IMG/VR virus record: IMGVR_UViG_3300031088_000735
Source of the DNA: a virus
Lineage: Duplodnaviria; Heunggongvirae; Uroviricota; Caudoviricetes
DNA length: 64,000 nt
Reading direction: 5' to 3' (one strand)
Shown piece after piece: positions 57,239 to 64,000 of this stretch (position 1 is its first letter; the number at the start of each line of letters is the position of its first letter). The notes beneath the pieces were generated by a model that ran no database searches, was not told where the DNA came from, and was given only the letters and a program-made list of their open reading frames with translations. A program made the position numbers and the translations under genes.

Positions 57239-57667
57239 ATGACAACTGCACAAGAACACGTTTGGACGAATGCCGACATTGAAACGATGTTGAGTGGTTT
57301 TAAAGCGTCTTTGGAAATGATGGATGGCTATTACAGCACTAGCGAAGCTGGTCAAGACCTTCGTGACCTTTACAACAGCTTCAAGCAACGCCGTGAAGAC
57401 TTGAAACCTGTCGTAGTCTCTACTTTACACAATGCCAAATGCAAAATCTGCGATAAAGAGTTCGTCCGCTCTGGTCATGGTAAATTGTTGAGTGCAACTG
57501 AGCAAAACTCAGCCGTTATGAGCCACATCATGAACGTTCATAAAATTCATGATTATGACGCTCGCAAGAAGAATTTGCAAAAAGCCAGTGTTACTCGTGT
57601 AACATATGCCAACCGTAATGACTGCAATCGTGGAATTGTCCAAAGCGAACGCAAAGACAAAAAATAA
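57239..57667 (+). CDS. protein with a C2H2-like zinc finger
   Basis: CKICDKEF...HIMNVH. Confidence 0.65.
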   Translation: MTTAQEHVWTNADIETMLSGFKASLEMMDGYYSTSEAGQDLRDLYNSFKQRREDLKPVVVSTLHNAKCKICDKEFVRSGHGKLLSATEQNSAVMSHIMNVHKIHDYDARKKNLQKASVTRVTYANRNDCNRGIVQSERKDKK

Positions 57668-57699
57668 TCCACGTTTTCAATTAAAAAAGGCCACAGACA

Positions 57700-58113
57700 A
57701 TGGAAGTTAGACTTCAAGAAAACATCGAATTCAACACGGCGGATGATTTTCAAAAGGTTATCACCAACTTTGAAACCTTGGCGAGCATGTTAGGTAAGCG
57801 TATGGCTCCCACCACTCTGTTTATGATACCTTTCTATGCCATCAACGATGAAATCATTTTCGCCACTACCATCATGGGCGAACGTGAATATATCCGTCAT
57901 CAGCGTGGCAATCGCAACTTCAAAAACAAAGAAGTCATCGATTGCTATGATATGGTCAATGGCTTGCTGAAAAACGAACTCGATACCATTATCAAGAACC
58001 TTTCAAAGCATGAACTGGTGGCTTACGCCTTGGATATTAGCACCGACATGATTACTGGTGTGGTCAAGTTGCACCGTGATGGAACTCCTTATGTAACTGT
58101 AAAAACAGTGTAA
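57700..58113 (+). CDS. hypothetical protein
   Basis: 137 aa, downstream in the same unit. Confidence 0.75.
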   Translation: MEVRLQENIEFNTADDFQKVITNFETLASMLGKRMAPTTLFMIPFYAINDEIIFATTIMGEREYIRHQRGNRNFKNKEVIDCYDMVNGLLKNELDTIIKNLSKHELVAYALDISTDMITGVVKLHRDGTPYVTVKTV

Positions 58114-58127
58114 TTCAATAAAAAAGC

Positions 58128-58156
58128 TTTACACAAAAACACAATTTTGCTATAAT
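58128..58156 (+). promoter_or_regulatory. promoter of micro-gene copy 3
   Basis: TTTACA-17-TATAAT. Confidence 0.75.
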
Positions 58157-58193
58157 CATCCTACACAAACAAACGAAGTAACGGAGAAATACC

Positions 58194-58328
58194 ATGACCC
58201 AAGTAACCCTCACCAAAGAGCAAGAAATCGAAGCCGCCTACGCTCAGATGAAGGCTCAGGAACAAAAAGACAAGAATGCTGCATGGGAGCGTGCAGAAAC
58301 TGACCAGAACAAAGGCAAGCCTGAATAA
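58194..58328 (+). CDS. 44-aa micro-protein, copy 3
   Basis: GGAG SD; MTQVTLTKEQEIEAAYAQMKAQEQKDKNAAWERAETDQNKGKPE. Confidence 0.85.
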   Translation: MTQVTLTKEQEIEAAYAQMKAQEQKDKNAAWERAETDQNKGKPE

Positions 58329-58348
58329 TATCTTGTAGGAGTGTTGCA

Positions 58349-58528
58349 ATGATTTTACACTGGGTTGGTTTTGCACTCTTATTAGTTATCGGATTTGCCT
58401 TGTTCATAGGTGGTCTTTTAAACTTGTTGGGATGTGGTGATCGAACCGGCCCAGAATTTAAAGTCAGCAACATTGTTCAGATTTTAATCGGCATTGCCAT
58501 CTTCATCGGTGCATTTTTCTTAAAATAA
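58349..58528 (+). CDS. 59-aa two-TM membrane peptide (not in the ORF track)
   Basis: AGGAG SD; two hydrophobic helices. Confidence 0.65.
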   Translation: MILHWVGFALLLVIGFALFIGGLLNLLGCGDRTGPEFKVSNIVQILIGIAIFIGAFFLK

Positions 58529-58668
58529 TCCGTTGAAAACCATCAGAAAAAAGCCCTTTTCGGGGCTTTTTTTATTTCTTCATCTTTTTTAACGATGTCT
58601 TTCAATTTTGAGTTTACAAAAATTGTGGTTTCTGTTAAAATCATGGCTCTCTTAAAGGTATCTAAACT

Positions 58669-58869
58669 ATGAGTATTAACCAATTGCTTGAAGACAATCC
58701 AGAACTGGCAAAGGCGTTTGACCAGATTGCCCAAGAATACATGAGCATTGACACGCTAGAAACTCGTAACAGTGATTCGCTTGATTTCTATGACTGCTCA
58801 GTGTGGAGCATCCGTAACGCTCTGACTAAGGCTTATGAATTGGGTAAAGCGGAAAAAGAAACTAAGTAA
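58669..58869 (+). CDS. DUF6900-like small protein
   Basis: TLETRNSDSLDFYDCSVWSIRNALTKAYELG fits the LETRNSDxLDFHDV.VW...AL..AY..G family. Confidence 0.7.
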   Translation: MSINQLLEDNPELAKAFDQIAQEYMSIDTLETRNSDSLDFYDCSVWSIRNALTKAYELGKAEKETK

Positions 58870-58961
58870 TCATTACAAAAAGGTTGAAAATTGACTTGTT
58901 TTTTGCTATAATAGCCTCATTGAAAAGCGGTATTGATGCTTGTTAAATAGAGGTTTCGCTT

Positions 58962-59189
58962 ATGTGTAGCAGAACTGACGCTGATGGTTTTCTGCCTTGT
59001 CCTTTTTGTGGTGGCACTGTTATCCATATGGAAACGTGGAGTCGCCAACGTGGTGAGTGGCAAGGAAAAGTAACCAATGAATGTTGTGGTTATACCTTCA
59101 TTGTTTTGAATGTCTATAGCTCGACCAAGAAAGAAGTTATCGATTTCTACAAAAAAATGTGGAACAAAAGGCCAGAAAAAGCTTGCTAA
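58962..59189 (+). CDS. Lar-family restriction-alleviation-like zinc-binding protein
   Basis: LPCPFCGG...ECCG...WNKR. Confidence 0.7.
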   Translation: MCSRTDADGFLPCPFCGGTVIHMETWSRQRGEWQGKVTNECCGYTFIVLNVYSSTKKEVIDFYKKMWNKRPEKAC

Positions 59190-59211
59190 GCGGTTCGAAG
59201 TTTGATAGAAT
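59183..59211 (+). promoter_or_regulatory. promoter of a ~390-nt non-coding transcript
   Basis: TTGCTA-17-TAGAAT with upstream TG. Confidence 0.7.
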
Positions 59212-59217
59212 AGCGAC

Positions 59218-59400
59218 ATTGAAACACGGCAGCAAACAGAATTTGGAACCTGCGTAAAAGTGGGTTGGATGGCAGCGGTGTCGCGGGCAAGCCATCAATG
59301 AGACATGAGAGCAATCTCTGTCTCGCGGTAGAATGGGAATTATGGCCCAAGAGGCTATGATTAAAACGGCTGGGTGAGTCGGCCCTTTCTACTAAACCTA
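59218..59400 (+). ncRNA. GC-rich multi-hairpin RNA of unknown class
   Basis: AACCTGC/GTGGGTT, GATGGC/GCCATC, GAGACA-T-GAGA-GCAA-TCTC-TGTCTC (GNRA loop), GTAGAA/TTCTAC enclosing TGGG/CCCA and GGCTG/CGGCC; no ORF. Confidence 0.6.
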
Positions 59401-59413
59401 ATTTAAAAGTTAT

Positions 59414-59569
59414 ACAGTGGTAGCTCAGTGGATGTTTAAAGAAAGCCGCGACTTACAAGGAGATTCTAGACTCTTTTCTTGACGGTTTGGCCTATGTTAA
59501 ACTAGCTTTCGACAGCAGAGCGTGCCCTAATAAGGCAAGGCGTTGGTTCGATTCCAGCCTACTGTACCA
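59414..59569 (+). tRNA. tRNA-like gene, anticodon AAT (Ile), encoded CCA, ~85-nt insertion in the D-loop
   Basis: Acceptor ACAGTGG/CTACTGT + A + CCA; D-stem GCTC 59423-59426 / GAGC 59518-59521; anticodon arm TGCC-CTAATAA-GGCA; T-arm GTTGG-TTCGATT-CCAGC. Confidence 0.8.
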
Positions 59570-59577
59570 ACAATCGA

Positions 59578-59610
59578 AAACAACTTGTTGAAAGACAGGT
59601 TGTTTTTTTT
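59578..59610 (+). terminator. terminator after the non-coding transcript
   Basis: AAACAACTTGTT-GAAA-GACAGGTTGTTT followed by a T-run. Confidence 0.75.
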
Positions 59611-59702
59611 TGCCTAAAAACTATGGAATATAATCAAAAAATACTTTCTTTGCTTACCGATTTTTGGTATAATGAACCTTCAATATTTGGAGATACTACG
59701 AA

Positions 59703-59900
59703 ATGATGACCAATACGACTTCCCAAATCAAAGTTGTCAAAAATGAAGGCGACTTCAAACGTGCTTTGAACGCTGGCTTCGCTGTCAACCTCTTCGAATG
59801 TTCTGAAACCGAAATGTGGTTGGTTCTGCCGATGGAAAATACTGACATGAAGAAACATGCTGAACATCATGGTTTTGAACCAGTAGCTATCATTCAGTAA
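59703..59900 (+). CDS. small hypothetical protein
   Basis: GGAG SD; own promoter. Confidence 0.7.
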   Translation: MMTNTTSQIKVVKNEGDFKRALNAGFAVNLFECSETEMWLVLPMENTDMKKHAEHHGFEPVAIIQ

Positions 59901-59916
59901 GGCAAGGAAAACTATC

Positions 59917-60126
59917 ATGGTTGATATTGTTAGCTTGGCAGAAAAAAGGATGTGTGTTTGCATCAAATGTAAATCTGTCTTGTCTTTTTCGCCAAAGGAT
60001 GTGACTGAGTTTGTTGAACGTAAATATATCGGTCAGGCTCAGAAACGATATTCCTTGATTTGTCCTGAGTGTGATTACAAGCTGGTTTCTTCGTTGTCTT
60101 GGTTTCCTGTCGGGCACTGCGAATAA
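59917..60126 (+). CDS. small zinc-ribbon protein
   Basis: CIKC...CPEC. Confidence 0.7.
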   Translation: MVDIVSLAEKRMCVCIKCKSVLSFSPKDVTEFVERKYIGQAQKRYSLICPECDYKLVSSLSWFPVGHCE

Positions 60127-60228
60127 CTCATCGAAAACAATATTTTTGAACTTAATGGTCAATGAATTTTGTTTTTAACCTTCAAATCTGTTATAATTCA
60201 TCCACTTAATCAAATAGAGAACTCAATC

Positions 60229-60657
60229 ATGAATCCAGTTATCATTTCCTTGCCACTGAACTCCTACGATGTTGGCCCACTGGATGCGTCCATTGCTGTC
60301 ATCAACACCACCTTGTCGGTTCCTGAGTTTGATGCATTATTCCGTGATGCCATCCATACCTATCTTGAAGGCTGGCTGGAGTTTGATCCGGCTGTTCAAC
60401 GCCTGCTGGCTGAAACTGAAAAATTTGAGTATGAAACGCCTGAACACAACGAAGCTCTTGAAGCATTCAACGTTGAATTCGTTAAACAGCGAGAGTTTGG
60501 TGAGGCCAACCAAGTGTTTGAGTATGAAGGCCAGAAACTGCTGTTGACTCGTTTCATCGAAAACCAGCAAGCCCCAGCAGAATTTTCTGTCATGAGTTTG
60601 GCAGAATGGCTTCAAATGAAGAACGCAGAAACAACTACCGGATTTACCGTAGAGTAA
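60229..60657 (+). CDS. acidic hypothetical protein
   Basis: GAG SD before ATG 60229. Confidence 0.75.
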   Translation: MNPVIISLPLNSYDVGPLDASIAVINTTLSVPEFDALFRDAIHTYLEGWLEFDPAVQRLLAETEKFEYETPEHNEALEAFNVEFVKQREFGEANQVFEYEGQKLLLTRFIENQQAPAEFSVMSLAEWLQMKNAETTTGFTVE

Positions 60658-60782
60658 CTGCAGTTCGTTCATAAACGACCCTAGATCAGATGATTTAGGG
60701 TTTTTTTATGCTCAAAATTTGTTGACCATCCCATGAAAAACCTGTAAAATAAGCTCATTAAACATATCAGGGTACATTTAAA

Positions 60783-61454
60783 ATGATCAACATGATCGAA
60801 TTAGTTAAAGAAAAGTTTGAAAATGCTCGACTTTTCGACAATACGAATAACGATGCGATTGTTCCCATCAATTTCAATATTGATACCACTTCCAAGATTA
60901 TGTTTGTTGTCGGATCGAATGCCAGCGGCAAAAGCCTTGTGGGCCGTATCGTAGAATTGATTTCCAAGGAAGCTGGCGTCCCTAAGCGTTCCTGTTCGAT
61001 GCGAAATCGCACGTCTGGTGAGCTGGGTCAGCGTATGGTCTTTGGTACAGAAGACGACGACAGCACTGGCAACAATAGCGTTCACACCACAGTCATTGGT
61101 CTGAAATCGACCGTAGAATCTAATAATGCTGTTTTGATCTTGGATGAGCCAGATATCGGCCTTGCTGATGAGTATTCTGCTGCTTTGGGTCAATACATCG
61201 CTCAAAATGTCAATGAACACCATGAAAAACTTGGCCTCATTGTCCTTATCACTCATTCCCATAAGTTGATTGATATGGCTATCAATGAACTGACAGTGCC
61301 ATTTTCTACCGTTTTTGTAGGGGATGATAAAACGACTTTTGAAGAGTGGCGTGAACGTCCATTCAAAGCGGCCAGCATTGAAGAGTTGTTAGCTCTCAAA
61401 AACAAAAGCCATGAAACTTGGGGCAGGGTGCAAAAACTGCTCAATGGAAAATGA
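60783..61454 (+). CDS. stand-alone ABC-class (AAA_21-like) ATPase
   Basis: Walker A GSNASGKS, Walker B LILDEPDIGL, H-loop LITHS; degenerate signature (STGN). Confidence 0.8.
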   Translation: MINMIELVKEKFENARLFDNTNNDAIVPINFNIDTTSKIMFVVGSNASGKSLVGRIVELISKEAGVPKRSCSMRNRTSGELGQRMVFGTEDDDSTGNNSVHTTVIGLKSTVESNNAVLILDEPDIGLADEYSAALGQYIAQNVNEHHEKLGLIVLITHSHKLIDMAINELTVPFSTVFVGDDKTTFEEWRERPFKAASIEELLALKNKSHETWGRVQKLLNGK

Positions 61455-61537
61455 TTGTTGGGAAACATCATTTTTGACTTGCACTCACAACCTTTTTTAG
61501 CTATAATTTCACCACTACTTAATGCGGAGTTGACGAC

Positions 61538-61831
61538 ATGATTACTAAACACAATGGTTTCATCATTCTCGGTTCTACTGGCTGCTCTTGCTGCCGTTGC
61601 GATAACTTCGTTCAAGGTATTTTTGACAACGAAGAAGACGCCAAAGCCACGGTTGAACATCATCGTCGCAATAAAACAGTCGCTTCGCAATACTCGGCAA
61701 CTGGCAATTACACCATCAAGCCTGTTGAATACGAACTCATCAATGATGGTCGGGTTATTTTGGAAGACCGCGTGTTGGAAAGCACTTCCTTTACGTTGAC
61801 TGGCGAAGACAACTACTACGCTTTCTCTTGA
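61538..61831 (+). CDS. small hypothetical protein with a Cys cluster
   Basis: GGAG SD; GSTGCSCCRC. Confidence 0.7.
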   Translation: MITKHNGFIILGSTGCSCCRCDNFVQGIFDNEEDAKATVEHHRRNKTVASQYSATGNYTIKPVEYELINDGRVILEDRVLESTSFTLTGEDNYYAFS

Positions 61832-61893
61832 ATTGAAGGCTTAAAACGTCATAAACCTGTTGACATCATGGCGTTTTAAAAGTAATATAGTCT

Positions 61894-61992
61894 CAACAGC
61901 GTTACATCCTCTCATGCTTTTACAGCATTGACGTTGTAGCCATTATAGCTTAAAACACCTAAACCCTTATTGGACGCTCTAAGGGTTTTTTT
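61894..61992 (+). ncRNA. candidate small RNA 1
   Basis: TTGACA-17-TAATAT promoter, no ORF, ATGCT/AGCAT hairpin, terminator AAACCCTTA..TAAGGGTTT. Confidence 0.45.
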
Positions 61993-62051
61993 GTGTCTAA
62001 AATTCAATAAAAGTGCTTGCTATTTTTTATTGGTTATTCTATACTAGTCTT

Positions 62052-62150
62052 AATCGAGCCAGCTCCCATGTTGTTAACTAGATTTTCAATACGTGTTGGC
62101 CTTCTGCAACAGCAAACCAAACCCTTATAGGACGCTTTAAGGGTTTTTTT
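62052..62150 (+). ncRNA. candidate small RNA 2
   Basis: TTGCTA-17-TATACT promoter, GCCAGC/GTTGGC long hairpin, terminator nearly identical to that of sRNA 1. Confidence 0.45.
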
Positions 62151-62242
62151 GTGCCTAAAATTTGATAAATTAATTGTTGTTATTTTTCATTTGTTGTATA
62201 ATAGCTTCAATCTAATCCATCCACGTTTTGAGGAATTTAATC

Positions 62243-62653
62243 ATGGCCGCATTTTCCTACGCTGCTGCTTACCTTGCTTACGGTTCCAATAAGCTTTTTG
62301 AAGACCTTGGCGTAGAAAAAGGCAAGCTGCATATGACGACTTGCTTTGATACTACAGCGACACTCAAACCTTCTGACAATATTGATATTGTTTACAAGTC
62401 TGCTGTTGTCTCCAAAATCACCGAACGACTTACCCCTTATGGTGTTTATGTCATTGCTGAATTGTCTGAATGTGGTTGGAGCACAGTGCTTAATGCCCAT
62501 TTTACAGCAAAAGGTGCGGTTGAAGATTTACCTCATTTCCCACACATCACCCTGTTGAAATCTTCTTCGCCTGAGTTGGTTAAAAACCTTCAATCTCTGG
62601 TGGGTAAGACCGTTTATTTTGACAGTCATGTCGTCAAGGTTAAAGGGCTTTAA
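62243..62653 (+). CDS. acb1: Acb1-like 2H phosphoesterase (anti-CBASS nuclease homolog)
   Basis: GAGGA SD; YAAA, LHMTTCFD, GAVEDLPHFPHITL line up with T4 Acb1 YVAA, IHSTICYS, GATHDFDDYTPHITL (recalled sequence); both HxT motifs present. Confidence 0.75.
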   Translation: MAAFSYAAAYLAYGSNKLFEDLGVEKGKLHMTTCFDTTATLKPSDNIDIVYKSAVVSKITERLTPYGVYVIAELSECGWSTVLNAHFTAKGAVEDLPHFPHITLLKSSSPELVKNLQSLVGKTVYFDSHVVKVKGL

Positions 62654-62703
62654 TCTCAGATGCCTTTGTGTTATAATACCTCATCAGAATTGAGGTTTCA
62701 GCC

Positions 62704-63243
62704 ATGACCAATAAAATTGTTCGTTTTGCTAATATTTTGCATCCTGCTTATTTGGGTGGTTCGGCGTATGCTCTTAGCCAGCAAAGCCTTTACGAAACCA
62801 GTGAAAAAGCAGTCAAAATTGCGGGTAATGGCATTCAAGAAGGGCGACTGTTGCACGATTGCGTCAAGATTGAATTCACGCCTGAATGCGATGAGCACAC
62901 TCATGAAGTGCCAGAAGGCTACATTGTGCGGTTTATCAACATTCAACGGCCAGACAATTTAAGAGCTGACAACTATGCAACCGGTCAAGTTGCCATGTAT
63001 CCGACTGCAGAAGCTGCAAGGGCACAAGCCAAGCATCTCAGCAAAGGGTACTGGATGATTTCTCATTATATTGCTATGGCAGTTCCTGTTATATTCAAAG
63101 GTTTGCCAATGGCTGATGGTTGGGTTGAGCAAGAAGGCATTAATTACAAGGCGGTTCATCGGGAAGAATTGTTAGTGATTGATATTACTCCAACGGACTA
63201 CACACCAGAAGTTATTGAAAAATACAAGTGGGCGATTGATTGA
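62704..63243 (+). CDS. hypothetical protein
   Basis: GAGGT SD; own promoter. Confidence 0.8.
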   Translation: MTNKIVRFANILHPAYLGGSAYALSQQSLYETSEKAVKIAGNGIQEGRLLHDCVKIEFTPECDEHTHEVPEGYIVRFINIQRPDNLRADNYATGQVAMYPTAEAARAQAKHLSKGYWMISHYIAMAVPVIFKGLPMADGWVEQEGINYKAVHREELLVIDITPTDYTPEVIEKYKWAID

Positions 63244-63267
63244 AATACATCAAAAATGATAAATTAG

Positions 63268-63281
63268 GCAGCTTCGGCTGC
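63268..63281 (+). terminator. terminator GCAGC-TTCG-GCTGC
   Basis: UUCG hairpin followed by a T-run. Confidence 0.8.
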
Positions 63282-63352
63282 TTTTTTATTTTCTTTACAC
63301 TTTGAGCATTATTTGGTATAATAGACCTCACAAACCAATGATGAGGTGTCAC

Positions 63353-63469
63353 ATGAAAAATATCAACGCTACGATTGCTCAGATTGTGAAAACTTGCAAA
63401 TCGGTTAAAAAAGCACTGACCCCTGTTCATGACACTAGCTACAAATTCAGTCAAAATTATTTCAAGTAA
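63353..63469 (+). CDS. 38-aa basic peptide (not in the ORF track)
   Basis: TGGTATAAT promoter, CACAAAC leader, GAGGTG SD. Confidence 0.55.
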   Translation: MKNINATIAQIVKTCKSVKKALTPVHDTSYKFSQNYFK

Positions 63470-63481
63470 CATCATAGGAAA

Positions 63482-64000
63482 ATGATGGATTCTAATTCAA
63501 AATCACTGACTATCGCCTATCAACAGCATGGTGAAGACCTCAATAGCTCTGCAGAACTTGTAGAGCTTCGTCGTATGCGGAACATTCAAGCTGACTGTTT
63601 GTTCTATAACGCCACCCGTGATAGCCTTCCATCGTCTGCTAACAATTTTGAAGCGACAACCCCTGTCGCATTTTTGAACAGAAATGAACTGTACTTACCA
63701 GCGATTCAACTGTTCAGTGATATTCAAAAAACAGACTTTTCTAATATTCAAAATATCTTGAATGTTTTAATTACATCGGGTGTTGAATGTTGTATTTTTG
63801 CTGAAGGGGATAAACAGCTTAAAAACTATTTGGACATGAAGCATGTGATATTTAACAGCATGAAGTCAGTGTATGACATTGCTATTCGTCATGACGGCTT
63901 AATTCGCATGGATAGTCACGAAAAAAGAAAACGAATGCTCAATTTACATTTAAGCTTTGAGTTGGGTGTTTGTGCCGAAGGTTCTTTTGTTAAAACTAAA
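63482..64000 (+). CDS. hypothetical protein truncated by the window end
   Basis: AGGA SD; frame open to base 64000. Confidence 0.7.
   Translation, partial: MMDSNSKSLTIAYQQHGEDLNSSAELVELRRMRNIQADCLFYNATRDSLPSSANNFEATTPVAFLNRNELYLPAIQLFSDIQKTDFSNIQNILNVLITSGVECCIFAEGDKQLKNYLDMKHVIFNSMKSVYDIAIRHDGLIRMDSHEKRKRMLNLHLSFELGVCAEGSFVKTK

Noticed and set aside
59414-59569. tmRNA interpretation of the interrupted tRNA
   Set aside because: It retains a D-stem and a full anticodon arm, lacks the G3-U70 Ala identity pair, and the insert is in the D-loop with no tag reading frame.
60801-61690. Minus-strand ORFs of 153 and 145 aa
   Set aside because: Shadows of the ABC-type ATPase and the 61538 gene, which have motifs, SD and promoters.
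61960-62150. CsrA/RsmA-sponge reading of the GGA-containing terminator loops
   Set aside because: Only one GGA per RNA and neither fits ANGGA; known sponges carry multiple such loops.
1-64000. CRISPR array
   Set aside because: No regularly spaced direct repeats with unique spacers and no cas genes; the repeats found are terminators or duplicated genes.
1-64000. Stop-codon reassignment as seen in some jumbo phages
   Set aside because: TAA, TGA and TAG all end genes directly before terminators or the next SD, and coding density is high with code 11.

Overview
Gene-dense, AT-rich (about one-third GC by eye) accessory region of a large bacterial mobile element, either a jumbo phage or a giant plasmid/phage-plasmid. 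No capsid, tail, replication, conjugation, integrase or housekeeping operons are in the window, so the element type cannot be settled. Most genes are short, on the + strand, and arranged as one- or two-gene cassettes, each with a sigma70-like promoter, an SD sequence and a Rho-independent terminator (GAGGCTTCGGCCTC occurs exactly five times). Recognisable products: an M17 leucyl aminopeptidase, an SMR (EmrE/Qac-type) efflux pump, a trypsin-like lipoprotein, an Acb1-like 2H phosphoesterase, a Lar-like protein, an ABC-type ATPase, a PD-(D/E)xK nuclease, a 2OG-Fe(II) oxygenase-like protein, and secreted Ig-like and Cys-repeat proteins. Unexplained patterns: (1) eleven largely unrelated proteins end in the same short tag (hydrophobic-x-[DEQK]-M-hydrophobic-x-[IYV]-COOH), three of them within a shared ~30-aa PE..SAYDF module, while a second set ends in Lys/Pro-rich basic tails, suggesting two C-terminal addressing signals; (2) three tRNA-like genes all have A34 anticodons (AGC, AAT, AAT), and one carries a ~85-nt structured insertion in its D-loop and appears co-transcribed with a ~180-nt multi-hairpin RNA; (3) a promoter-leader-44/46-aa micro-gene cassette occurs three times; (4) a translationally coupled two-gene module is duplicated; (5) two candidate small RNAs with a shared terminator lie upstream of the acb1-like gene. 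All family calls come from motif recognition, not database searches.
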